From NCBI GenBank assembly GCA_964526915.1, contig CAZGMS010000072.1, positions 7,341 through 71,340 of the forward strand: 64,000 nucleotides of DNA, in the 5' to 3' direction. The DNA comes from an uncultured Nitrospirales bacterium. Lineage in GTDB: Bacteria; UBA10199; JADGCS01. The position numbers were made by a program, and so were the translations under genes. This document shows positions 9,231 through 19,129 of this stretch, piece after piece. Each line of letters starts with the position of its first letter. Position 1 is the stretch's first letter. Under the pieces are notes generated by a model, which made no database searches, was not told the DNA's origin, and was given only the letters and a program-made list of their open reading frames with translations.

Positions 9231-10348
9231 TCTGTTATCTGCTCTTGTTTAAATAACTTATCATACAAAGATATGAGTGCTTTCTCCTCATTAGCCCAAT
9301 TATACTTTGCCAGCACTGCCCTTTGTCCATTTTGCCCCATCTGATGAGCCTCTTCTGGATGCTCAATGATCCACTTGATTGCTCGAGCAATTTCTCTCAC
9401 ATCCAAAGGATTAACACAAATTCCACAATGGTGCTCATCAACAATTTTTTTCCACAAAGGAAAATCTGATGCAATAACCGGTAGACCGACTAACATATAC
9501 TCAAACATCTTAACGGGCAAACTGTCTGCATGTTGACCCTGGGGGTGCAAAACAACAAAGCCTGCGCATGAACCACCTAACACTTTCATGACTTCTTCTC
9601 GGCCTAAGAAACCCATATAATTAGTTTTTTTCCATCCAGACATATTCATTACGTTTTTTCTTAATTCTTTTGAATCAAATTTTCCCGCTAAATCAAAACG
9701 TGCATCTGCCATATCGATGGCTTGAATCATCTCAGTAATACCTCGTGCTTTTGTGACAGCCCCCACATAACAAACAGTATTTGCGGATTTTGTTATATCA
9801 CTTTTTTCAACAAGTTTTTTTTCGTCAAGAATGGGATAATTACACACCAAAACAACTTGTGGGTGAAACTTGGCAAACCGCTCTTGAATCGTTTCAGTTG
9901 CACAAACGACAGCATGAAATTTTTTTGCGGCAATATTTTCAAATTTTTCCACACATTTTGCCAACAAGCCACGAACAACCATAGGAATCCACGTTTTAAC
10001 CAACATTTGCCGAGGCAAATCTTCATGCACATCATAAATAATTTTTTTTCCTCTTTTTTTAAGCTTCAAAGCATAAGGGATCATTTCAGGATCGTGAATA
10101 TGGTAACAATGAGCATTGACCTGTATCGCTTGTTTATATACCTGATGCGTTGAAATAAGAAACCGATGCCACCGACTTTTTGGTTTTGTAATCGTAATGA
10201 TTTTAACTTGAGTTCTTGGAACATTTTTGTTTTCTAAAGCAACATATGAAACATGGTACCCTTCGTTGAGTAAGGAACAACACTCTTTATGAAGTATCCT
10301 CACGCTATTTGTGGAATGACCCGAACTTAAGTGACAAACCTTTATCAT
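9227..10348 (-). CDS. Glycosyltransferase family 4
   Basis: 373 aa. MIKVCHLSSGHSTNSVRILHKE N-terminus and LPVKMFEYMLVGLPVIASDF C-terminal motif. ATGA overlap with the downstream gene. Confidence 0.75.
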   Translation of the reverse strand: MIKVCHLSSGHSTNSVRILHKECCSLLNEGYHVSYVALENKNVPRTQVKIITITKPKSRWHRFLISTHQVYKQAIQVNAHCYHIHDPEMIPYALKLKKRGKKIIYDVHEDLPRQMLVKTWIPMVVRGLLAKCVEKFENIAAKKFHAVVCATETIQERFAKFHPQVVLVCNYPILDEKKLVEKSDITKSANTVCYVGAVTKARGITEMIQAIDMADARFDLAGKFDSKELRKNVMNMSGWKKTNYMGFLGREEVMKVLGGSCAGFVVLHPQGQHADSLPVKMFEYMLVGLPVIASDFPLWKKIVDEHHCGICVNPLDVREIARAIKWIIEHPEEAHQMGQNGQRAVLAKYNWANEEKALISLYDKLFKQEQITE

Positions 10349-10391
10349 GGCAAAATTTCAATGCAAATTTCTAAGAGAGCATCAAAAGCTC

Positions 10392-11753
10392 TCAATTCAA
10401 ACACCCTTCATTGCGAAACAAAACCCTTTTCGTTGGTAATAGAACCAAAAGAATTAAAGCCACAAGAATTCCATGTGTCAACAGAGCCGTCGGCAAATCA
10501 GAGCCGGAAAACATTGCAAAAAAAGGAATGACAATAATTGCTGTCACAATATTTTTATTCCTGTTTTGAGCCAAAGCATCTGTGATACCCAATAATAGGG
10601 AAATCAGACCTGCGTAAAGAGCCATTCCCCAATAACCTGCCTGCATAAATCCTGAGCCAATCCAACCTGTATTGGCACTACAATCAAAATTACCATAATA
10701 ATAATATCCCATCGTAAAAGGTCCGCTGAGACTATATGGCTGTTGTAGCATCCCAAGCGTAAAGGAACTATTTGACCATAACAACTGAGGTGATTGTGAA
10801 AAAAAATCATAATACTGGTAGTTGATCAACGCAGGCACAAAAAACACACGACGCATAAACCAACTTACAAGTACTTCCGCTATTCCTCCTAAAAGAAGAT
10901 GCATTCCTTGTATAAACAATAGCATTCCTATAAAATACAAAAGTAATTTACCTATCACATTTTTTTTGTGAATTAGATGAAATAAAAACATTACAACCCA
11001 AGGATAAAAGAATACTGACTTATGATTGCACAAACCAAACAACATGATACTACTGAACAAAAGGCTGAGAACACACCACCAACGTCTATTGACAATAGCT
11101 AAAATTAATGAAAAAGGTAACACCACCTTTGTTGTGACCGGAATAATGTAAGATAATAAACCGGGCCGAGAAGCACCCGCAGCCCTCCGGGTCTCATAAA
11201 CCAACGATAAATCAAAATTAAAATAGGCCATTCCACCAAAAGCAACAATCAACAGGATTGTTGCAATAACCCAAGCTAACGATATCTGCTGTAGAAACCC
11301 ATAGGACACAGAAAAACCAGTAGCCGAATTAAACAAACGAATTCTACTCAAAATAATTATCGCAATAAATAAAGCGACTATATAAAAAGTAAAGAATCTT
11401 GACAAATCCATAGCCCCATAAAGAACTAACATGGGCAAAATAGGGAAAAAAAATTGTGTGTGAAGCAAAATATCCGATGGTTTTTTGTAACTCTTTGGCA
11501 AAAAGAAAACAACCAACAAAATTGCTACAATACTTTCAAGAAATCTACTTGAATCAGGATACCAATAAAAACCATAATAACGCCAAACATTCGATATATA
11601 GTAATAATATCCATAAACAAATAAAACATAAATCATCAAATAGGCAATCATCATGATAAGCCACTGACTCATCACATGAAGCCTGTGATCTTCGCGATCC
11701 TCTATAACAATAGGAAATATTTTATCTAGAAATTTTACTTTCACGTTTATCAA
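10392..11753 (-). CDS. wzy: Polytopic membrane protein, O-unit polymerase (Wzy)-like
   Basis: 453 aa. Almost entirely hydrophobic and aromatic-rich segments, about 10 or more TM helices by eye. No catalytic soluble domain. Sits between a GT and Wzx; AT-rich. The call rests on context and topology only. Confidence 0.5.
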   Translation of the reverse strand: MINVKVKFLDKIFPIVIEDREDHRLHVMSQWLIMMIAYLMIYVLFVYGYYYYISNVWRYYGFYWYPDSSRFLESIVAILLVVFFLPKSYKKPSDILLHTQFFFPILPMLVLYGAMDLSRFFTFYIVALFIAIIILSRIRLFNSATGFSVSYGFLQQISLAWVIATILLIVAFGGMAYFNFDLSLVYETRRAAGASRPGLLSYIIPVTTKVVLPFSLILAIVNRRWWCVLSLLFSSIMLFGLCNHKSVFFYPWVVMFLFHLIHKKNVIGKLLLYFIGMLLFIQGMHLLLGGIAEVLVSWFMRRVFFVPALINYQYYDFFSQSPQLLWSNSSFTLGMLQQPYSLSGPFTMGYYYYGNFDCSANTGWIGSGFMQAGYWGMALYAGLISLLLGITDALAQNRNKNIVTAIIVIPFFAMFSGSDLPTALLTHGILVALILLVLLPTKRVLFRNEGCLN

Positions 11754-11868
11754 TTCTCTATCTATTTCAAAGCTCCACCACTTTTATATAACAACCCCAA
11801 TATTGTACATTGAAAAATCTGTTTTATGCCCTAGCAACATAGCTGTTGAATCGTAGATTAATTCGAGA

Positions 11869-13338
11869 TCATCTTTTACAGATTGATTTTAGTAAGAATA
11901 CTATTTTGGATAATCTTGAAGGTAACACGATCTTCAATACAAGATAATATAATGCAAACCAAACAATAATCAAAAATGCCACAACCGCCACCCTCCAATT
12001 TAGTGAGTGGTGAACTCCAATAATATGATAGAGAAAAAAAACTAATGCTGATGGAATACTATTTACAAAAAAAACAACACCTGAAATTTTTATGAATTTA
12101 TAAATAGAAAAAGAATAGTAATGAGTCACCAACAATTGACCAAACAACCTATCAACAAAACCGTAAAGGCCAAAAGACAAGGCCACTCCAGTCAAATGCC
12201 ACATACTCCCAAAGCAAATAAAAGCTGGCATCACCACCACTCTGAATAGATTGAGCACTGTTTTAATGTGAGGTTTTCCGCTACTGAAGACCAAACTACT
12301 GATTATTCCGCCCCCACAAGTTATAAAAATTGAATAAATCGACATCAGACGAACTAACACAGTAATATTTGACCATTTTTGACCAAAAAATAACAAAACA
12401 ATAAAATCTGCAAAAATGATAACCAAAATTGGAAAAGGCAGAGATACTAAAGATGTTATCATCAGGGACTCCCAAAAATTATCTTCAATCTTTGCCTTGT
12501 TATCTTGTGATCTTGAATAAATAGGAAATAACACTTTATCGTACACACCATTGAGTAATGCAGGAAAAAATGTGACCATTCTGTGGGCTAGGTTGAAAGC
12601 ACCAACAGACGACATATCAAGAATTTTTCCAATAAAGAAAGTGTCAAACCTTGCCGACGAGGTAGCAAGAACTCGTCCAACTGATACCCAAATGCCAAAA
12701 GCTAATAGTTGTTTTGCCTCGAGAAATGATCCAAAACTTTTTGGAAGATATCGTGTGAACTGATAGCCAATAATTAGTGACAAGACTGAAGCAACAATTT
12801 TTCCAAAAATAATGCTGTGTGGTCCATAATGTTTCACCGCAAATATCACTGTAACAAATCCATAAACAAGGTGATTGCAAACATTGATAAAAGAAATTTG
12901 TTTAAACTTAAGAGACCTTTGCAATAAACAAGTCTGCAACGATGATAGTCCGATAAACACATAAGTAACAGCTGACCACCTCATCAAACCAAGTAATTGC
13001 TCTGTATTATAGAAACTTGCTAAAAAGGGAGCCAAAAAGAAAATTAGTAACGAAACAAACATTGTAAAAAACACAACGCAACTGAATGCGCTATCAATAA
13101 CAGTATCGTTGATGTCTTTTCTTTGAACAATAGCGATGGAAACTCCAAACTCAGAAAACACCTGCAAAATCACCTGTATGGCCAACACTACCATCACCAC
13201 ACCAAAATCAGCAGGCGTTAACAATCTTGCTAAAACAATACTCAGAATGAGAAGTATACCATTTTGAATTGAAGAACTTGAAAAAAACCAAAAAGCCCCT
13301 TTGACGGCGATTTGTGAATTATTTACTTTCATATACAC
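11869..13338 (-). CDS. wzx: Wzx-type O-unit flippase (MOP superfamily, Polysacc_synt family); flippase no. 1
   Basis: 489 aa and polytopic. N-terminal region GILLILSIVLARLLTPADFGVVMVVLAIQVIL...IVQRKD is typical of lipopolysaccharide biosynthesis/Wzx proteins. Confidence 0.8.
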   Translation of the reverse strand: MYMKVNNSQIAVKGAFWFFSSSSIQNGILLILSIVLARLLTPADFGVVMVVLAIQVILQVFSEFGVSIAIVQRKDINDTVIDSAFSCVVFFTMFVSLLIFFLAPFLASFYNTEQLLGLMRWSAVTYVFIGLSSLQTCLLQRSLKFKQISFINVCNHLVYGFVTVIFAVKHYGPHSIIFGKIVASVLSLIIGYQFTRYLPKSFGSFLEAKQLLAFGIWVSVGRVLATSSARFDTFFIGKILDMSSVGAFNLAHRMVTFFPALLNGVYDKVLFPIYSRSQDNKAKIEDNFWESLMITSLVSLPFPILVIIFADFIVLLFFGQKWSNITVLVRLMSIYSIFITCGGGIISSLVFSSGKPHIKTVLNLFRVVVMPAFICFGSMWHLTGVALSFGLYGFVDRLFGQLLVTHYYSFSIYKFIKISGVVFFVNSIPSALVFFLYHIIGVHHSLNWRVAVVAFLIIVWFALYYLVLKIVLPSRLSKIVFLLKSICKR

Positions 13339-13512
13339 TCAATATCCTTAGTAATCAGGACTTGTATGGTAAAAGAAATAGCAAGGCAAAACGTGTCTTG
13401 TTCTCTCCCCGCCAGTTTTTGTGAAATACGACATGATGAAAATTGTCTGTTTAGCTCCGAGAAAACGATCCCTTCACCGAAAGTGGCTAAGATCATGGTC
13501 GTGGAGAAATAA

Positions 13513-14706
13513 TCACCTAACGATCTTTTTCAATCCTTTAAAAAGGGGACTTATTATGGAGAAAATGAACGGATAAGGATCGCGCCAAGACATTGGTTCA
13601 ATTGTATAGCCTCGTCCCATCAGGCTTTTTATATAACCAAAAGGTCTCAGATATTCCTTGTTTTTTATAATGGCTATGAGATCACCAGCCAAATACCACC
13701 AGAGAATCTTATCAGGGTATTCCTGTCTGAATTTCGTTAATACAGGCAAGAAACCCTGTAGAGCCTCTTGGTACATCAAATAAGGCAGATTGATGCCACA
13801 TCTAATGGCAAGGCTATTTGACATACTCATGCGTCCATTAATTTCCATGAGTTTGAATTGACCATCGCGGGGATCTAATTTGAACTGAGTTCCCGCATAT
13901 CCATAATAGCCAATTTTACGCACGAGTTTGAGACTATAATCTAATAAGGTATCGTTCCAGGTTGTTTCTACTAAAGTGCCTGATAAAAATTTTCCCTGGG
14001 ATCTCTTTTTGTAATTGATCAATAACCCTGTCGGTTGACTGTTCTTGTTAAGTGTCATTAACACAGTCTCGATCCTCTCAAACTCTCCAGGAATAAGATC
14101 TTGCAGTAGTAATTCTCCACCAAATCCATCAAAGTGCTTATAATTTCCTAGCAATTCTCCTTCATGATTACAGATAACTCCTTTTGTCCCATAATGGCTC
14201 AACAACGTACTGGAATGCTCTGCCTTCATGAATAAAGGATAGCTGAGTTTCTCTTCCTTGGAATTCAGCAGACTTTCCAACTCAGATTGGCAAGTAATAT
14301 AATGTGTTTTTGGTATGGGAACACCTAATTCCTCAGCAATTTTGTAAGTGCGCCTCTTTTCCCGCACCAACTTTACTGTTTCCCAATCGGGAAAAGTTGT
14401 CTTCATTTCAGCTTTTAGTTCATTATGTCTTTTTGCCAAAACATCCAAATAACTGTCATTACCAGCTACAATCAATACAGATTCTACGCCAATTTCTCGA
14501 TCAAACCACTTGTTCAGTTTTTCGATGAAATCGACATCCTTTGAATCCAATTGCAATATTTTTTTTACAAAACGGGATTTTGTACACAAACCTTTACCAT
14601 CTGGAGAAACCATGTAAATTGGAATATCATATTTGCATAGACCTCTTATCGCACCAAAAGCCGAAATATGATCACCAAAGATGATTACGGGGGGTGTGTT
14701 TTTCAT
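13513..14706 (-). CDS. ATP-grasp carboxylate-amine ligase
   Basis: 397 aa. Pre-ATP-grasp N-terminus VIIFGDHISAFGAIRGLCKYDIPIYMVS and C-terminal GYAGTQFKLDPRDGQFKLMEINGRMS. ATGA overlap with the upstream decarboxylase gene. Confidence 0.75.
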   Translation of the reverse strand: MKNTPPVIIFGDHISAFGAIRGLCKYDIPIYMVSPDGKGLCTKSRFVKKILQLDSKDVDFIEKLNKWFDREIGVESVLIVAGNDSYLDVLAKRHNELKAEMKTTFPDWETVKLVREKRRTYKIAEELGVPIPKTHYITCQSELESLLNSKEEKLSYPLFMKAEHSSTLLSHYGTKGVICNHEGELLGNYKHFDGFGGELLLQDLIPGEFERIETVLMTLNKNSQPTGLLINYKKRSQGKFLSGTLVETTWNDTLLDYSLKLVRKIGYYGYAGTQFKLDPRDGQFKLMEINGRMSMSNSLAIRCGINLPYLMYQEALQGFLPVLTKFRQEYPDKILWWYLAGDLIAIIKNKEYLRPFGYIKSLMGRGYTIEPMSWRDPYPFIFSIISPLFKGLKKIVR

Positions 14707-15866
14707 CGAATGCCATCCTCAGTTAATAATTTCATGAATGCTTCCTTTTGTTCCCTAAGGTTGAAGTCCAGTGAACCAAGGTCACTCCGAATGCCTTTTC
14801 TGACGCGAATGTCAATAAAAGCAGAACCTTCAGTTGATAATAACGTTTTGATTGCATCGCGAAGAGCTTGTTCCGTTTCAACCGCCGCACCAACAGTCTT
14901 ATAACCCGAATTGTTGGCAATAGCTGTCAAATTTGCCACAAAACCAGCTGAGGGCTGGCCACCAACAGATTCGTGAGCACCATTATTCAAAACCACATGT
15001 AAAAAGTTCGGCAACTTGAGTTTTCCTGCCGTCGTCAAAGAACCCAAATGCATGATAGCCGCCGCATCTCCATCCAAACAAACAACAAGTCTCTTTTTTT
15101 GTGCCAAGGCAATACCAGAAGCAATTGAGCTGGTATGGCCCATAGCACCCACATTTAGAAAATCCTGATTGTGACCAACCCCGCTCAAGTTGCGTAAGCC
15201 GTAAAGCTCGCGTGTCGCTCTGCCTGTTGTTGCAACAAATATCGCTTCTTTCGGCACACACTGAAGAACACACTCAATCGCATTTTCCCGAGTCATGTTG
15301 TAAATACTATCTGAACCCTCCTCTTCTTTTTTCTTTCCTTTTTCAAACATCCCTTTCTTAGCAAGAAGCGCAACAGGGCCACATATCTTTTGAGCAGTGC
15401 GAACCGCCCACCTGGCGGCATCAAACGACCCCTCACCATCATTCTCTATTATTCTGAAGGGAATATCCATAGCCTCCAGTAATAAGGGCGTCAGTTCGCC
15501 CTGCTTTTTATGCTGTGCATGATCTGTAACGCCTGGATCACCGCGCCAGCCAATCAGCAATATCATTGGTATACCATACACCTCTTTGTTGGTGAGCGAA
15601 AGCAAGGGGTTCATGGCATTGCCTATTCCAGAATTTTGCATATATACCAGGGGCACGGTGCCCGTGGCAAAATGATAACCCGCGGCAAGTGCAACAGCAT
15701 TACCTTCGTTCGCCGCGATGACATGACGCTCACTGGGCAAATGAGCTTCGACATACTTGCAGAATTCATTAAGAAGTGAATCCGGCACGCCTGTTATAAA
15801 CGCAACCCCCTCATTTTGCAGGCACTCATAAAATGCTTTCTGATCGATCATAATCAATGTCCTCAC
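14703..15866 (-). CDS. ThDP-dependent 3-substituted-pyruvate decarboxylase (phosphonopyruvate/sulfopyruvate decarboxylase, fused alpha-beta type)
   Basis: 387 aa. N-terminus QKAFYECLQNEGVAFITGVPDSLLNEFCKYV is typical of Ppd/ComDE. ThDP motif CLDGDAAAIMHLG...NNGAHESVGGQ. Confidence 0.8.
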   Translation of the reverse strand: MRTLIMIDQKAFYECLQNEGVAFITGVPDSLLNEFCKYVEAHLPSERHVIAANEGNAVALAAGYHFATGTVPLVYMQNSGIGNAMNPLLSLTNKEVYGIPMILLIGWRGDPGVTDHAQHKKQGELTPLLLEAMDIPFRIIENDGEGSFDAARWAVRTAQKICGPVALLAKKGMFEKGKKKEEEGSDSIYNMTRENAIECVLQCVPKEAIFVATTGRATRELYGLRNLSGVGHNQDFLNVGAMGHTSSIASGIALAQKKRLVVCLDGDAAAIMHLGSLTTAGKLKLPNFLHVVLNNGAHESVGGQPSAGFVANLTAIANNSGYKTVGAAVETEQALRDAIKTLLSTEGSAFIDIRVRKGIRSDLGSLDFNLREQKEAFMKLLTEDGIR

Positions 15867-17215
15867 AACAAACGAAATAGACTATGGAAGTCTCTTTGTA
15901 CATTCCACACAATCTTTATGATTTCACGGCTTTCTTCCCCGGATTTATTTCCATACGCAGACAACGTGATAAACTTCTCTTTGATTTCATCATCTGAAAG
16001 CGGATTTTCAGGTTCTCCTTTGGGGAAATCAACTCTTTCAGTGTAAGATGCTCCATGACAAGTCTCAATTGTAACGATGGCGGCACGCTTTTGCGGCACT
16101 AGGGCTGTGATTTTCTCATCAGCGCAAACAACTATTCTTTTTGCTAGTGAAATGATCTCCGCATTGTTCACATTTTCTGCTGTAAACTCATCAAGGCCAG
16201 ATTTACCTTTCACAATGGCAACGGCCACACTGTATGGAATGCTCATTTTTGCTGAAGAGATGCCTCTGATTTCCGTGTGATCATGTTTGCCTATAACCCC
16301 TTTGTAAGTGGTCACCTTGATGCTTTTGATGTCAGAGACACAAAGACCATGGTTCAATTTGATCTTCAGTGTGGCTTCTATAGCTGGATGCGTGTGCCGA
16401 CAAGAAGCATATGACTTGAAATAAACTTTTTCGATCGAAAAAGGATCTCTATCATTTCTTTCCAAATGAGCCAAATCATGCTCTTTGGCCATCATCGATA
16501 AAAACCCTGTAGGGCCAGCGAGCACGTCATCAAGCCCCTTAAAACATGCTCTGCCCATGATTGATGATAACAAGCCAACCAGCGCAGCACGGCCTACATT
16601 AAATGGTTTTAAATCAGATCCATCTTCAATCACCTTAAGCATTCCTGATGCAGAAATTGCGGCCGCAGACAAGGCATCTTTCAGTTGAGTTTTGGTAAAA
16701 CTCAACATGGCCCCAATGCCCACGGCTGCCCCAAGGGAACCACAAGTGGCCGTAGGATGATAGCCACAATTGTAATGAGCCGGTTGCATGGCACTGGCAA
16801 TGCTAATTGCAGCTTCATAACCAATAATAACACCTTTAAGTAAAGCAGTGCCCTCGACTTTTTCTTTCTCAGCAACAGGTAACAGAGCCGATATAATGGG
16901 TGAACCTGGATGCAAAACACCAAAACGCACGCCATCGTCTAATTCAGCAATATGAGCACTAAGACCATTCATCAAAACAGCATTGATAAGACTCGCTTTT
17001 CTGTTAAAACCAATCACTGTGGCATCACTTTGAGTGTCATTCAAATATTTTAATAGCTCGTCACCTTTTTCTTTCATCATCCGTGCCCCAGCAAAAGTGG
17101 CACCCAGATAATCCAGCAAACACCTTTTCGCTTGTAACACAACAATATCGGGAAAATCCGTATGGCTCAAATGATAGAGAGTATCGATGAATTTATCAGT
17201 AAGGTTATCGGTCAT
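15863..17215 (-). CDS. MmgE/PrpD-family protein (2-methylcitrate dehydratase / cis-aconitate decarboxylase superfamily)
   Basis: 450 aa. N-terminus FPDIVVLQAKRCLLDYLGATFAGARMM and overall length fit PrpD-family proteins. Confidence 0.8.
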   Translation of the reverse strand: MTDNLTDKFIDTLYHLSHTDFPDIVVLQAKRCLLDYLGATFAGARMMKEKGDELLKYLNDTQSDATVIGFNRKASLINAVLMNGLSAHIAELDDGVRFGVLHPGSPIISALLPVAEKEKVEGTALLKGVIIGYEAAISIASAMQPAHYNCGYHPTATCGSLGAAVGIGAMLSFTKTQLKDALSAAAISASGMLKVIEDGSDLKPFNVGRAALVGLLSSIMGRACFKGLDDVLAGPTGFLSMMAKEHDLAHLERNDRDPFSIEKVYFKSYASCRHTHPAIEATLKIKLNHGLCVSDIKSIKVTTYKGVIGKHDHTEIRGISSAKMSIPYSVAVAIVKGKSGLDEFTAENVNNAEIISLAKRIVVCADEKITALVPQKRAAIVTIETCHGASYTERVDFPKGEPENPLSDDEIKEKFITLSAYGNKSGEESREIIKIVWNVQRDFHSLFRLL

Positions 17216-17226
17216 GTATTATTATT

Positions 17227-18183
17227 TTATCGGAAATAAAACTGGAAATAGCTGGGGCATTCTGATTTTGTATCTTCCCATGCCGCAGTAAACGCACTCA
17301 CTATTGTTTCAGGTAGAGGTCCTTTTTTGACTGCAAAAAGATTCTGCTTTAACTGGTCCCTATTTGAAGCACCTATTATCATTCCATCACCTTCGCTTTT
17401 GTCAAGGAGTGAATGAAAAGCAAGCCACCGATAGGCCGCTTCAGCGGTCTCTATTCCTGATTTTCGGCATGCTATTGTAAGAACATTGACTGCCTCAAAA
17501 TAGGATTTTTTCCAATACCTGTCACGATAACTCTGAAGTCGCGCAAAGCGACCAGACATGGGCTTTTCGTCAAAATTGATGTGTTTTCCTGACAACATGC
17601 CACCAGCCAGAGGATTGAATGCGTAAAAACGCATGCCCAACTTTCTTAAAGCGGGAAACAACTCGCCCTCAACGTTGCGGGTCAATCCGTTATACATCCC
17701 CTGATACACACTTGGCCTGAGCCAGCCACGTTCTTTGCAAAGATGCCATATGTCCACAACCATCCAGGCGGGAAAATTACTTAATCCCAGTTCCTTAATT
17801 TTCCCCTGTTCATGGAGGTTTGCACACGCTTCCAAGGCCCCCTCAATGGGGGTTTGAGCATCTGGAAAATGAAGATACAAAATATCAACCGAATCACGGC
17901 ACAGGCGGCGCAGTGATTCTTCAAACTGCATGATCACCGCAACACCATCAAGTTTGCCCGTAACCCGGGGATGAACTTTGGTCGCAAGACAAAGAGAATC
18001 TTCCGTAAACTCATTCAGAAAAGTGCCAAGAATTTTTTCGGTTTCGCCTTCGTTATATACGTAAGCCGTGTCCAATTCATGGTAACCTGCTTCAATGAAG
18101 CATTTCACCATGGCACGACTACCCTCGGTATCCACCTGAGGACCAAAAGTCATTGTTCCCAATATCAGTTTCATCATATCCAT
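17227..18183 (-). CDS. Aldo-keto reductase
   Basis: 318 aa. LGTMTFGPQVD and ELDTAYVYNEGETEKILG match the AKR catalytic Asp/Tyr region. Confidence 0.85.
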   Translation of the reverse strand: MDMMKLILGTMTFGPQVDTEGSRAMVKCFIEAGYHELDTAYVYNEGETEKILGTFLNEFTEDSLCLATKVHPRVTGKLDGVAVIMQFEESLRRLCRDSVDILYLHFPDAQTPIEGALEACANLHEQGKIKELGLSNFPAWMVVDIWHLCKERGWLRPSVYQGMYNGLTRNVEGELFPALRKLGMRFYAFNPLAGGMLSGKHINFDEKPMSGRFARLQSYRDRYWKKSYFEAVNVLTIACRKSGIETAEAAYRWLAFHSLLDKSEGDGMIIGASNRDQLKQNLFAVKKGPLPETIVSAFTAAWEDTKSECPSYFQFYFR

Positions 18184-18198
18184 TGGAGGTGCCCTTTA

Positions 18199-19089
18199 CT
18201 AAATTGACCCTTTTGCTGAGCACAAAGCATCGCTATCATAACTGTCAATAACTCGTTTGACAAGATTGACCTGCTTGGCTCGCTTTTTTGCCTCAGCCAC
18301 AGTCGTTTCCCAACCATGCGTTTTGGCAACTGAGCCTCCTGTTTTAAGATATATAGGGGAACCCACCCGTATCATTTCTGGCACTTCATAATGGCGAATA
18401 AAACCACCGGACGACGCGGGATTTTCTGTATGAATATCGATCGGGATGCTGATGGCTTGCCTTATAGCGGCAAGCATTTGCAGTTGAATGTCCCTGACCG
18501 GGTTGATCGAATTTGCTCCTACATTTTCCAGAAGTTTGGCGGAACAAGGATTGCCATGACCGCAATGGGCAGATATTTTGAATTTACAATCAGAAGGAAG
18601 CTCACCTTGCTTGCGCATTTCATCTAACACCCACAAAAGTCCTTCATCATAAATCAAAAAACCTCTACACCCCAATTTGCCAGCACGTTTAACATCCTCG
18701 ATGGCACGAACGATTTGTTCCTGCCCACGGAGCCGGAGCCCCATTTTTTGACCTTCCTCCGTGTGAACTGATGCGCTCGTATCGTAAGTTGCCCGCGGAC
18801 CGATGGCCAGCACGAGTTCCACCTGCCATTGTTTTGCCAACGCCACCATTTCATTTATTTCATCATCAGTCAGAATCATGATGCCCTTTGTTTGCGTAAC
18901 GCGGTGGATAACGGCACCAAAGGTATCCAATTCTTCAAGCAAAGCCTTCATTGAGCCGGGTCCCTGTATACCAGGCACCTCAAACCTGTACTGCGCGCCA
19001 TCCGCGAATCGCTTTGCAGACGATGGCAGATCATACGCATCTCCTGATGGTAATCCTATTTTATTAAGAAACAACCTGGTCTCTTTCAT
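18199..19089 (-). CDS. Conserved-looking hypothetical enzyme, family not recognised (possible alpha/beta-barrel)
   Basis: 296-aa ORF with tight operon spacing (15 and 40 nt). Alternating beta/alpha-like pattern with KISAHCGHG and IPIDIHTENP. It is not a PEP mutase by motif, and it lacks the Cys signature of U32 proteins. Confidence 0.45.
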   Translation of the reverse strand: MKETRLFLNKIGLPSGDAYDLPSSAKRFADGAQYRFEVPGIQGPGSMKALLEELDTFGAVIHRVTQTKGIMILTDDEINEMVALAKQWQVELVLAIGPRATYDTSASVHTEEGQKMGLRLRGQEQIVRAIEDVKRAGKLGCRGFLIYDEGLLWVLDEMRKQGELPSDCKFKISAHCGHGNPCSAKLLENVGANSINPVRDIQLQMLAAIRQAISIPIDIHTENPASSGGFIRHYEVPEMIRVGSPIYLKTGGSVAKTHGWETTVAEAKKRAKQVNLVKRVIDSYDSDALCSAKGSI

Positions 19090-19129
19090 TTTTTCATCCC
19101 CCTAATGGTTCATCCATCTGTTTTCTTGT

